DNA of 64,000 nucleotides, from assembly GCA_027451665.1 (NCBI GenBank), contig DAIDIW010000001.1:5354-69353 (forward strand). Reading direction: 5' to 3'. A model generated the notes under the pieces. The model was not told where the DNA came from, ran no database searches, and saw nothing but the letters and a program-made list of their open reading frames with translations. Every line of letters begins with the position of its first letter. Within the stretch, counting starts at the first letter, position 1. Source of the DNA: Candidatus Kaiserbacteria bacterium (GTDB lineage Bacteria; Patescibacteriota; Minisyncoccia; Phycocordibacterales; Phycocordibacteraceae). Of this stretch, positions 37,044-46,133 are shown piece after piece. The position numbers and the translations under genes are program-made.

Positions 37044-37481
37044 TTTCGAACGTTGCCCAGAATATGAGTGACAAAACACCCTCCTCGCCGGGAGGGTGTT
37101 TTACGTATGGTCCGCGGATTCTAGCGCGTCCTTGCTTCCGGTTCAGGTGCGTCGTATAGGTGGATGCTCGCGAGAAAAAGAACTGGAATCGCTGTGAGAA
37201 CGAACCTGTTCGTGCACGGACGGCAAGAGTGGGAATATGCAAGCATAGTACTGCACGGGTATACTACGGAGGTATGTCGCCAGAAGGAAACCATAACGCG
37301 TCGCCGTCATCAGCCCACGAAATGGAAGCAATCGAGGCACCTGATGCAGGGATGGAAGCCATCGAAGAACTCGATTCAGGAGCGCCGGTGGAAGAAGTGC
37401 TCGGCGAGATAGCAGACCTGCTCGGAGCAGCATCGTGGCAAGCTCGATACTGAAGAGGATCGGGAGCGTGCATTTTATGAG

Positions 37482-38051
37482 ATGCATGAGGCTTTTGAAC
37501 GATTCTCAAATCATGAGGTGAAACAACTGTATGATGAAGGCCGCATGCCGACGTTCCACTCGCTCGAGCGTGCTACGAAGCGTGCGCAAGATGCCCTTGC
37601 TCCCTTCGCAGATGAACCTGAGGTGGCGCGCCTCAAGAAATTGCTCGAAGGGTCTGTGAAGCAAGTGAAAATGTGGTGTCGGCGGTATGTGCAGTCCATA
37701 CTCGTGTTCCGGAATGCGCAGCGTGCGATGCGGCGCTTAGATGGTTCCAAACAGGCGGAGGCTTTCTACAAAGCGGACATGGACCGCCGACGCATCCACG
37801 ACGCGCTTTTGAGCTCCGTTGCGACCATAAATAACCTCCTTCATAAGGCGGAAGAGTATGCGGAATTCGAAATGCCGCTCGCGTGGATGGAGGGTACCCC
37901 GATCCCTTCCCGCTTTGCCGCAGAGCACGCGCTCATATTCAGCCCGCAGGCCATCGAAAACCGGAAGCTCATTCGTGATTGGTCCATTGCTGCCGATCGT
38001 ATAGAACAGATCAGACAGACCACCGGTATCTCCGAACCGTTTTCTCCATAA
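37482..38051 (+). CDS. Hypothetical protein
   Basis: 189 aa ORF. The frame is open for ~70 nt upstream of the ATG, so the start is uncertain. No motif recognised. Confidence 0.4.
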   Translation: MHEAFERFSNHEVKQLYDEGRMPTFHSLERATKRAQDALAPFADEPEVARLKKLLEGSVKQVKMWCRRYVQSILVFRNAQRAMRRLDGSKQAEAFYKADMDRRRIHDALLSSVATINNLLHKAEEYAEFEMPLAWMEGTPIPSRFAAEHALIFSPQAIENRKLIRDWSIAADRIEQIRQTTGISEPFSP

Positions 38052-38060
38052 AATAAAGTA

Positions 38061-38089
38061 CAGCCGCTTGGAATTTTCCCAAGCGGCTG
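38061..38089. terminator. Hairpin CAGCCGCTTGG-aattttc-CCAAGCGGCTG; flanked by an A-tract on the plus side (U-tract for the minus-strand gene)
   Basis: Perfect 11-bp inverted repeat between convergent genes. Confidence 0.6.
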
Positions 38090-38108
38090 CGTAGCAGGAC
38101 CAACATGC

Positions 38109-38444
38109 CTAACACCGGCCTGTTTCAACGTATTCGAGAAGCAGCGAGCTGCCCATTTCAAATACAGCGGTCAGAAGCGCTTCCTCTGAGACCGGCGTCT
38201 TGATACCAAGTTCTTTACACGCACCTTCCGGTGCAGACTCGAGCAAATGTGTGAGCTCCTTTGCTGTCGGCGAGCCGCGTGCCTTTTCGGCCCCAAGTTC
38301 GTAGATGTTGCTCCCCAGCAGGAGCATCTGTTCTGCAAGCTTCGGATATCGTGCGCGAAAGTCGCGCCATCGCTGCATATCCATACCCACCATCCTGTCT
38401 GTATACCCCACTCTTCTTATAACACATGGATTCTGAGTTGGCAA
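38109..38444 (-). CDS. Hypothetical protein
   Basis: 111 aa ORF whose end is followed by the terminator hairpin. No motif recognised. Confidence 0.35.
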   Translation of the reverse strand: MPTQNPCVIRRVGYTDRMVGMDMQRWRDFRARYPKLAEQMLLLGSNIYELGAEKARGSPTAKELTHLLESAPEGACKELGIKTPVSEEALLTAVFEMGSSLLLEYVETGRC

Positions 38445-38469
38445 TTTTCATGTTTTCTCATCTTTCAGC

Positions 38470-39078
38470 GTGGTACATTTTGCGTATATGTATGAAGAAA
38501 AGAAATTCAACCTGCCGGAGCTCAAAGGGCTCTCGGCGAAGCAGATAGAGGTGCATCTCGGGCTCTATGCCGGGTACGTGAAGCACACGAATCTCATCAT
38601 GGAGCAGATCCGCGTGCTGAAGGATTCAGATATGGAGAACAAGGCGTACGTCATGGCTGAGTTGCGCCGCCGGCTCGGCTTCGAGTTCGATGGCATGCGC
38701 ATGCATGAGTACTACTTCAGCCAGTTCGAAGGCGGTCCGCAGGCAATGGACGCGGATGGAGCGCTCGCGGCACTCAGCAAGAATCGTTACGGCGAGAACG
38801 GCATCATGGGCCATGTGAAGGAAGTCGCCGGGACGCGTGGCATTGGCTGGGTCGTCGTCTACTACGATGACGTGTCGAAGGCAGTGCATACGGCGTTCGT
38901 CGGCGATCATGAGCTCGGCCAGCTCGCCGGTCTCCCGATCCTCCTCGCGGTCGACCTCTGGGAGCATGCGTTCATGGTGGACTATGTGCCCGCGCAGAAG
39001 AAGGATTACGTTGACGCGTTCTTCGAGAATCTCAATTGGGGCGTCGTCGAGAAGCGTTTGGCCGGAGCGACGAAATAG
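38470..39078 (+). CDS. sodA: Fe/Mn superoxide dismutase family protein
   Basis: C-terminal DLWEHAFMVDY (the SOD D-x-W-E-H-A-Y-Y signature) and a mid-protein H..Y region. Start may be the internal MYEEKKF at 38488. Confidence 0.65.
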   Translation: MVHFAYMYEEKKFNLPELKGLSAKQIEVHLGLYAGYVKHTNLIMEQIRVLKDSDMENKAYVMAELRRRLGFEFDGMRMHEYYFSQFEGGPQAMDADGALAALSKNRYGENGIMGHVKEVAGTRGIGWVVVYYDDVSKAVHTAFVGDHELGQLAGLPILLAVDLWEHAFMVDYVPAQKKDYVDAFFENLNWGVVEKRLAGATK

Positions 39079-39457
39079 CTGAGAAACGCGTAGATTGCGA
39101 TTACGAACGCGAATGGGAAAGGAGGAATGAAAAGCGTCGCCCACGGCAGGACGGCGATTTCCTTGTGCGAAACGCATGAAGAAACCAGTCGTGAGATACG
39201 TATGTTCCGTCGCATGAAACGCACAGGGAAACTTCCGCGGCAAACGGTTGTGTTGTCGGAGTATCACCCACCGCGAAACAGACATATCCGAACGATGCCG
39301 CTACGAAGAAGATCGCCGCGAGCAGGAAGACGGACCTGCGCGCTCCGCCGATAGAGAGCGGCAACAAGCGCCTTGGCGAGTACGAATGCGACGAGCCACT
39401 CCTCACGGAAGCGCGAGCAGTACTCCCATGCTCGCATCCTGGCAGCGCTCGCCCGCC

Positions 39458-39886
39458 TCAGGCAGCGTTATCCATGGCTTCATTCGCAAGTGCGTCGGCA
39501 TCCGCATTCTGCGCGCGCGGCACATGCGAGAATGATATGAACCCAAGCGGCGCCATGAGTTCTTTGAGGCGCGCCGCTTGTGCGCGCATGTCCGGATGCT
39601 TGATCTTGTAGACGCCGTTCATCTGCTTCACGACAAGCTCGCTGTCCATCTTAATCGCGACGGCTGTCTCGGCGAGCTTTCCGTGCGCAAGCGCGTGTAC
39701 CTGCTCGAGCGCCCGGATTACCGCTTCGTACTCGGCATAGTTATTCGTGCGGATGCCGAGGTATGCGGAGACGCTTGCGACGATGCTTCCCATCCCGTCG
39801 CGTACGACGGCGCCTGCGCCCGCCGGTCCCGGATTCCCGCGAGCTCCTCCGTCGGCGTGGATCGTGAATTGCTGCATGCGAGTCAC
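39458..39886 (-). CDS. rnhA: Ribonuclease HI
   Basis: FTIHADGGARGNPGPAGAGAVV..., NNYAEYEAVIRAL and ...SHVPRAQNADADALANEA: the RNase H catalytic D, E, D, H, D pattern. Confidence 0.85.
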   Translation of the reverse strand: MTRMQQFTIHADGGARGNPGPAGAGAVVRDGMGSIVASVSAYLGIRTNNYAEYEAVIRALEQVHALAHGKLAETAVAIKMDSELVVKQMNGVYKIKHPDMRAQAARLKELMAPLGFISFSHVPRAQNADADALANEAMDNAA

Positions 39887-41610
39887 TATACCAATTTCAG
39901 ATCGAGCAGGCGCAAGCGTAGCGGTTTCTTCCGTGAGAACGCATTCCGCTCGAGGTGAATGAGGATATTTGCACGAGCACCGCCTGCCACCTGATCTGCG
40001 GCGCGCGCGATGCGGCCTTTCGCGAAGAAGGCGACGGCTTCGTGTGTGAGCCCGGTCTCCTCGCAGGCGAGCTCGGCTTTCACGTGTTCCGCACCTTTCC
40101 CGAAGCGCGAAATTGAAGTGAGGCGTGCTTCGCGTACAAAGAATACGGGTTTAGGATTCTCCTGGCCGAAAGGGGCGAGCCGTTCGAGCTTCCTGAGAAG
40201 TGCGAATGAGATCTCCGGAAGTGTGAGTTCCGCGTCCGCATGGGGTACGAACGTGTCATCGGTCCCCGGTTTCGGCAGAGTTGCGAAGGCGTCGTTCAGC
40301 AATCGTTCAAGATCAAACACCCGGTCGTCTTTGATGGTGAAACCTCCCGAAGCGGCATGACCACCGAAGTCGACGAACGCAGAACGCGCGGCCTGCATGA
40401 GCTCGAGTGCATGCACGACATCCGCGCTGCGGACGGAACCCTTGAGCGTGTTGTTTTCCTCCCTTCCCCAGAGAAACACTGGGCGTTCATATTCATCCGC
40501 AATACCGTTCGCTACGAGGCCTAGGAGCGCTGGACGCCATGCAGGATCGCCGAGCACGATGACATCTCGCACGACCTCCTTCTCTTTCAGTTTCGCCCGC
40601 GCCGCGCGCGTGATCGCGCCTGCGTGCGCTTTGCGTTCGCGGTTGTGCTTCTCGAGCAGTTTCGTGAGCGCGTCCGCTTCCGCTTGATCTTCAGTCGTGA
40701 AGAGCCGGAATGCGTCGCGCGGATCACCCATGCGGCTTGCTGCGTTCACGCGCGGAGCGAGCATGAAACCAACGTCATCCTCCGTCATCGTGCGTTGTTC
40801 CACGCGCATCGTGCGCAAGAGCTTCTGCAGACCGAGTCGCGGTGACTTTCGCAAGACGAGCAGTCCATAGGTGGCAAGCACGCGATTCTCACCCGTGAGC
40901 GGTACCATGTCGGCGATCGTCGCGAGCCCCACCATATCGAGAAGCCATTTCTCCCAGCCGTCCGGTACGCGTTCACGAAGCGAGCGTTCGCTCACGAGCG
41001 CCGCGCAGACGAGCTTCCACGCCACGCCAGCACCACATAATCCTTTGAACGGATATGGCTCCCATTCGCGCGCGTTCGGATTCACAACTGCAAACGCGTC
41101 CGGCAGCGTCTCGCCCGGCAGATGGTGGTCGGTTACGATCACTGTCATACCGAGTTCATTCGCGCGCGCGACTGCCTCATGGTCGGTGATGCCCGAATCT
41201 ACCGTCACGATGAGTTTCGTTCCGCGCATAGCGAGCGACTCGATGCCCGAGACGTTCACGCCGTATCCTTCGAGATGCCTGTGCGGTATGTAGTTCTCGA
41301 AATCGGCGTCCGCTTTCTTCAGGAAATCATGCAGCAGTACGCCGCCCGGGATGCCGTCACAATCATAATCGCTCCACACGGCGATATGCTCCCGGTCGCG
41401 GATAGCCGCGGCCAAGCGCTGCGCAGCCTTCGGCATGTCGGTCATCGTGAGAGGGTCGTGGAGATGATCGTTATAGGACGGCGACAGGAAGCGGGCGGCG
41501 GCATCCTTGTCGGTGATGCCACGCCGCGCAAGAAGCGCAGCGGTCAGATCGTCATGTGCGGCGAGCGCGGTGCGAAGTTTGGTAGGAAGCGGCTCGTAGA
41601 GCGGAAACAT
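39886..41610 (-). CDS. recJ: Single-stranded-DNA-specific exonuclease RecJ
   Basis: DHH motifs (IAVWSDYDCDGI, TVDSG, VIVTDHH) and DHHA1 (GGH..AAG). Start taken at MFPLYEPLP (41610) because the longer listed ORF would be antisense to the HIT gene. Confidence 0.8.
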   Translation of the reverse strand: MFPLYEPLPTKLRTALAAHDDLTAALLARRGITDKDAAARFLSPSYNDHLHDPLTMTDMPKAAQRLAAAIRDREHIAVWSDYDCDGIPGGVLLHDFLKKADADFENYIPHRHLEGYGVNVSGIESLAMRGTKLIVTVDSGITDHEAVARANELGMTVIVTDHHLPGETLPDAFAVVNPNAREWEPYPFKGLCGAGVAWKLVCAALVSERSLRERVPDGWEKWLLDMVGLATIADMVPLTGENRVLATYGLLVLRKSPRLGLQKLLRTMRVEQRTMTEDDVGFMLAPRVNAASRMGDPRDAFRLFTTEDQAEADALTKLLEKHNRERKAHAGAITRAARAKLKEKEVVRDVIVLGDPAWRPALLGLVANGIADEYERPVFLWGREENNTLKGSVRSADVVHALELMQAARSAFVDFGGHAASGGFTIKDDRVFDLERLLNDAFATLPKPGTDDTFVPHADAELTLPEISFALLRKLERLAPFGQENPKPVFFVREARLTSISRFGKGAEHVKAELACEETGLTHEAVAFFAKGRIARAADQVAGGARANILIHLERNAFSRKKPLRLRLLDLKLV

Positions 41611-41682
41611 GTGAGACTCATTGTACCGCGGTCGAGGGTCGGGGTCCGGATGCTTTCGGGCGTCCTTGGTATACTCGGGCAC

Positions 41683-42048
41683 ATGGAGACGTGCATATTC
41701 TGTAAGATTGTCCGCGGCGAGCTTCCTTCGTACAAAGTATATGAAGATGATGCATTCCTTGCATTCATGGATATCAATCCGCAGACGTGCGGGCATGTCC
41801 AGGTCATTCCGAAGGAGCATTACCGGTGGGTATGGGACGTACCGGACGTCGGCCGCTACTTTGAGATCGTGCGAAAAGTGGCTAAGGCGCAGCAGCGTGC
41901 ATTTACGACCGAGTGGATCATCCAGAAAAGCATCGGTGACGAAGTGCTGCACGCGCATGTATGGGTCTTCCCCGGCGATTCGACCGGAGATAAAAAGGCC
42001 TTCGACGAGAATGCGCGCCGCATCCGGGCGGCGCTCGGTGAGGAATGA
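41683..42048 (+). CDS. HIT-family hydrolase
   Basis: METCIFCKIVRGELPSYKVYEDDAFLAFMDINP..HVQVIPK and a C-terminal HAHVWV (degenerate H-x-H-x-H). TATACT lies 8 nt upstream of the ATG. Confidence 0.6.
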   Translation: METCIFCKIVRGELPSYKVYEDDAFLAFMDINPQTCGHVQVIPKEHYRWVWDVPDVGRYFEIVRKVAKAQQRAFTTEWIIQKSIGDEVLHAHVWVFPGDSTGDKKAFDENARRIRAALGEE

Positions 42049-42121
42049 GAACGGCCCCTGCGAAATGGCCCGCATTCAGGAATACGGTATGTGTCGGAAG
42101 GAGTAATACCGAGTGTGGACG

Positions 42122-43288
42122 CTAGGATTCGTCCTCGAGCGCGTTGATGCCGGGGAGCGTGCCTTTGTCGAGATAGCTGAGCATTGCACCGCCGCCGGTC
42201 GAGACGAAACTGAAATGCGTCATAAGGCCGAGTTTCTCGGTTGACGCGACAGTATCACCGCCGCCGATAACCGAGTGTGCCCCGCTCGCGGCCACCACCC
42301 GCGCAAAGGAGTCCGTCCCGTCGACGAAACCACGCTCATAACTCCCCAGTGGGCCATTCCAGAGTATGGCCCTGGCCTTCTGCGCAAGCGCCTCAAGCGC
42401 CGCATCAGTGCGCGGCCCTTGGTCGAGTATAACCTCGTCGGAATGTACGTCGCTTACTGCGGCAACGCGCGCCCGAGCGTGTGCATCGAGCGCGTTCGCT
42501 TCGGCCGCTGCTACGACGCGAACATCGACTGGCAGCATGAGTTTCGGATTGTCGATAAGCGCTTGCACCTTCGCCGGATCAGCATCCGAAATGAGCGATT
42601 TGCCGACCTCATGTCCTGCGACTTTTAAGAAATCATTCGCGAGTGCGCCGCCCACAAACACGTGGGCGTAGCTTCGGAGCAGCGTCTCAAGCACCGCTTC
42701 TTTCGAGTGGAATTTCGCCCCCCCGATGACCGCGAGTGCGGGGTGTTCGGGCGTGCGTGCATCCGAGAGTGTTGCAATCTCTTGCTCAAGCAGGAGTCCC
42801 GCGTAAGACGGTAGCAAGGTCGGAAGCGTCACGATGGACGCGTGGAGGCGATGGCAGGTATCGAAAGAGTCCTCGATAAAAAGATCGCCGAGCGCGGCGA
42901 GCTCTTTCGCGAAAGCGGGATCATTACCCGTCTCACCCGGGTTGCGCCGCAGGTTCTCCATCACGAGAATGCATCCGGGGGCGAGATTCCGCACGGCATC
43001 GCGGGCACGTTCTCCGATTGTCTCGGGAAAGAAGGAAACACCGGGCGTAAGTTTTCCGAGCGCGTCTGCTATGGGAGCGAGCGTTTCTGTCCCCTTCTCG
43101 CCGATATGACTCAAGACGATCACGCGGGCTCCGCGATCAGCGAGATAGCGCAGCGTCGGTACAACGCGCCTCAGGCGATACGTATCGGTTACGATACCGT
43201 TCTCGACCGGCTCGTTGAGCGGCGCCCGGACGAGCATGGGTATGTTCTCGAATACTTCGATATCTCGCAGTGAGCGCATAGGAGTCAC
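42122..43288 (-). CDS. pgk: Phosphoglycerate kinase
   Basis: VLVRAPLNEPVENGIVTDTYRLRRVVPTLRYLADRGARVIVLSHIG...G matches the PGK N-domain; 388 aa. Confidence 0.85.
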   Translation of the reverse strand: MTPMRSLRDIEVFENIPMLVRAPLNEPVENGIVTDTYRLRRVVPTLRYLADRGARVIVLSHIGEKGTETLAPIADALGKLTPGVSFFPETIGERARDAVRNLAPGCILVMENLRRNPGETGNDPAFAKELAALGDLFIEDSFDTCHRLHASIVTLPTLLPSYAGLLLEQEIATLSDARTPEHPALAVIGGAKFHSKEAVLETLLRSYAHVFVGGALANDFLKVAGHEVGKSLISDADPAKVQALIDNPKLMLPVDVRVVAAAEANALDAHARARVAAVSDVHSDEVILDQGPRTDAALEALAQKARAILWNGPLGSYERGFVDGTDSFARVVAASGAHSVIGGGDTVASTEKLGLMTHFSFVSTGGGAMLSYLDKGTLPGINALEDES

Positions 43289-44028
43289 GACAATTCCTTG
43301 ATAATGGAAGCAAACTGTCTGGAGTCCGCCGAGGCATGCCCTACGAGCACCCCGTCGATGCCGCTCGCTGCTGTGAGGCTACGGGCATCCTCAGGTTCGA
43401 CGGAACCGCCGTAGAGCACCTGTGCGCGAGCAGAGCTGTTGCCGGGCAGAAGCTCCGCGAGCACCTTCTTTATATAAAGCACCATCTCGGCGAGATCATG
43501 GGGACCGATTGCGTCCTTTGCATGCTTTCCTATGGCCCAGATTGGTTCGTAGGCGACGATGACCTTTGTGCGATCCTTCTGCGCAATATCCTCGAGCGCT
43601 GCGCGCAATTCCTCGCGGACGAATGCGAGGTAGCGCCCCGCCGGGTCGCGCTCCTTTTCACCTACGCAGAGTATGGGGATGAGTCCTTGCGCGAGCGCGT
43701 GCCCGAGCTTTTCGGCGACGATGCCATTCGTATCGCCTGCGGCACGCCGCTCGGAGTGGCCAATGATTGCGTAGGCCGCGCCCGCTGCCATACAGGCCCG
43801 CGCTGTCGACTCCCCCGTCTGCGCGCCGCCTGTCGTGCGGGATATGTCCTGTGCGGCGAAAGCGAGGCGCGAGCGATTCCCTATCGCGAGCGCGCCGAGC
43901 AGAGGCGGGGGCGGCGCTATAACGACGGTCGCTTTCGAGCGGGACGCCGCGCGCCGCGTCGCCGCGACGAGACCCTTGGCTTTCGGTAGGTCTTCAACGT
44001 AGGCCTTCCAGTTTGCGACGATAAGCAT
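43285..44028 (-). CDS. tpiA: Triosephosphate isomerase
   Basis: MLIVANWKAY..., AIIGHSERR and ...YGGSV are TIM motifs. Overlaps the pgk start by 4 nt. Confidence 0.85.
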   Translation of the reverse strand: MLIVANWKAYVEDLPKAKGLVAATRRAASRSKATVVIAPPPPLLGALAIGNRSRLAFAAQDISRTTGGAQTGESTARACMAAGAAYAIIGHSERRAAGDTNGIVAEKLGHALAQGLIPILCVGEKERDPAGRYLAFVREELRAALEDIAQKDRTKVIVAYEPIWAIGKHAKDAIGPHDLAEMVLYIKKVLAELLPGNSSARAQVLYGGSVEPEDARSLTAASGIDGVLVGHASADSRQFASIIKELS

Positions 44029-44068
44029 AGGAAAATCCTACCATGCGTCGTTCCGCACAGGCTGCCGC

Positions 44069-45526
44069 TTACAGCTGCTGCCAGTTCACGAATTCGAAGG
44101 CGGTCGAAAGCACCGGCGTAAACGGGGGCGGATTTTCCGAGAGCGGCTGGTCGAATGAGTCGGTGCGGGAGAGATACCCGGCATTACTGTAAGAGCCGTA
44201 GGAGTAGCAGCCGTTTTCCCACTGTGTGCCGGTGCGCTTGTACGAGATGGTCGAACCATGTATTGCGAGGGTTCCCTTCGGTTCATAGGGGCCCGGACAG
44301 GCGTAGAGATTCTGGCCGAAGGCGCCGCTTTGGGCCACGAAGATTCCATCTAGGGTAAGGTTGGTCGGCGCGTCGGGCGTTATGAGGATGTCATGTTCGG
44401 AGATGAGCGTAAGGCCTGCGGAACCATTGTCGGAGGTGTAGGTGATGTTTCCTTTTATGAAGGCGTCAGGTACGACGCTTCCGCTGCTTGTCGTATTGGC
44501 GACGACGACGGTCACCTTCGAAGGGACTGTCCCTTCGATCCAGGCGTTGTCTTCGACGAATATGAGACCGCAATTCGCCGGGATGGTATACGTGGTTCCG
44601 GCTGACTCGCTGGCGATGAGCGCGTAATCGGTCGATGGATCAGTCGGATTCACCGGATACTCTGACAGTGCAGTCTCCGCGGTTACTTCTTTAACCGTGA
44701 CGGTGCCGTCGCTGTTGAAGATGAGGTGGTACCCGCCATGAGGATTGCCACCCACGTAGCCGCACTGTTGCCACCAGCCCCATCCGGAGCATTGATAGGT
44801 GCCCTCGGTACTTACCTGCGGCAGATAGATTCCGGACGCTTGCGCGGTGGCTTTGAGCGCCGTGAAATTCGCCGCGATGCCGGCGAAGTCTACCTGCGGT
44901 GTCGGGTACTTCCAAAGATACTGATTAGGTCCGCTCCCAAATACGCCCGGCTCGGTTGTACCGGGAGAGCACCCGAACGATGAATCGCAGTACCAGCTGG
45001 AGACCGAACTCGTGACTTCCGCGTTCGCGGTCCCGTCCATGCGTACGCCGCCGTTACTGTGGTATGGCCCGTTGATGATGCGGTCAGGTCCCGCCCAGAC
45101 GCTGTCATTTACGATGTAGGAATAGGCGGCGACCGACGGGCGGGCATAGCGGGCCTCAAGCGTAATCGGATACGCGGGATTGTCAGCGGCGGTACCGGTA
45201 GACGTGAGATCGATGGAGGTGGTCTGCCCGCAGGAGAGATTCGCACTCACGGAGAGGTGCGCTGTCCCGGCAGTGCCGCCCGAAGGATCGGGTATCGTCA
45301 CATTGAAGGAATCAGAACTGCCGCCGTTTGCGAGATCGTTCGGGAAGTGCGCCAGGTGCCAGCGGTAGTATTCGAGCCCCGCTTCGGCGATATTGAATGC
45401 TTCCGTCTGGACGCGTGTTACGTCCTGGATGCTGTTCTGCGAGAGCACGTAGCTCGAGAGTGCAGCGAGTACGGCGAGAAATATGCCGCCGAAAATGAGC
45501 ACGAGAAGCGTTATCGAGCCGCGCAT
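44069..45526 (-). CDS. pilX: Type IV pilus minor pilin, PilX-like
   Basis: N-terminus MRGSITLLVLIFGGIFLAVLAALSSYV...AFNIAEAGLEYYRWHL matches the PilX_N pattern (..AEAGl..). Large beta-rich C-terminus. Confidence 0.55.
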   Translation of the reverse strand: MRGSITLLVLIFGGIFLAVLAALSSYVLSQNSIQDVTRVQTEAFNIAEAGLEYYRWHLAHFPNDLANGGSSDSFNVTIPDPSGGTAGTAHLSVSANLSCGQTTSIDLTSTGTAADNPAYPITLEARYARPSVAAYSYIVNDSVWAGPDRIINGPYHSNGGVRMDGTANAEVTSSVSSWYCDSSFGCSPGTTEPGVFGSGPNQYLWKYPTPQVDFAGIAANFTALKATAQASGIYLPQVSTEGTYQCSGWGWWQQCGYVGGNPHGGYHLIFNSDGTVTVKEVTAETALSEYPVNPTDPSTDYALIASESAGTTYTIPANCGLIFVEDNAWIEGTVPSKVTVVVANTTSSGSVVPDAFIKGNITYTSDNGSAGLTLISEHDILITPDAPTNLTLDGIFVAQSGAFGQNLYACPGPYEPKGTLAIHGSTISYKRTGTQWENGCYSYGSYSNAGYLSRTDSFDQPLSENPPPFTPVLSTAFEFVNWQQL

Positions 45527-45527
45527 A

Positions 45528-46133
45528 TCACTCGTTCATATTATGCAGGTTTCGCAGCGTCGCGCTTCCCACGAGGGTGTATACATCCGGCGCCCGGTTC
45601 GGGTTCACGTCAGTGAGTGCCGTTATGCGCACCGAGGCGATATTCGCGACATCGACCGGGGAGGGGAGTTCATTCCCCTGTGCATCGTAGTAGGTGAACA
45701 AGGGCGTGCTGCTGCCGTTGCGTATGTTATCAATCACGAGCGTCGTTTTTTCGGTTTGTCCTGCATACGACAACGGTGCGCCAGCCGGTGCCGTCGTGCC
45801 GCGGTAGAGCGTGTTGCCTGAGAGGAAATAGCGGATGCGATCTACCGCGGTATCCGCGGGGACGTAGGCATAGAAAGTGACGGTCGAGGTGGCTGCCGCC
45901 TCGATTGGGTAGGAGCCATCCGCACCGTAAGCAGCCTCACGCAAATCGCGTACCGCATTCTCAACACTCCGGCGAGCGCTGTCGACCTCTTCCGTCTGTT
46001 GCAATACGTAGCCATTCGTACGGTAAAAATAGGCGATGAGGACGCCGAGCGCGACCATCATGAAGGCGGTGATGGCGATAACGACGAGCGTCTCGACGAG
46101 CGTGAACGCTCGCTTGTGGGGTAGAGGTCTCAT
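45528..46133 (-). CDS. Prepilin-type (pseudopilin) protein with N-terminal cleavage/methylation motif
   Basis: Start at MRPLPHKRAFTLVETLVVIAITAFMMVALGV (class III signal, F-T-L-V-E). The listed ORF start is 117 nt further upstream. Confidence 0.65.
   Translation of the reverse strand: MRPLPHKRAFTLVETLVVIAITAFMMVALGVLIAYFYRTNGYVLQQTEEVDSARRSVENAVRDLREAAYGADGSYPIEAAATSTVTFYAYVPADTAVDRIRYFLSGNTLYRGTTAPAGAPLSYAGQTEKTTLVIDNIRNGSSTPLFTYYDAQGNELPSPVDVANIASVRITALTDVNPNRAPDVYTLVGSATLRNLHNMNE

Noticed and set aside
37160-37453. 97-aa ORF upstream of 37482..38051, as a separate gene or a frameshifted N-terminus
   Set aside because: It is in a different frame from the downstream ORF and has no motif. 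Its C-terminal acidic segment could be real, but the evidence is insufficient to call it.
39886-42075. 729-aa RecJ ORF extending over the HIT gene
   Set aside because: The N-terminal 155 codons are antisense to a well-formed HIT-family gene (41683-42048) and lack RecJ similarity. RecJ was started at MFPLYEPLP (41610).
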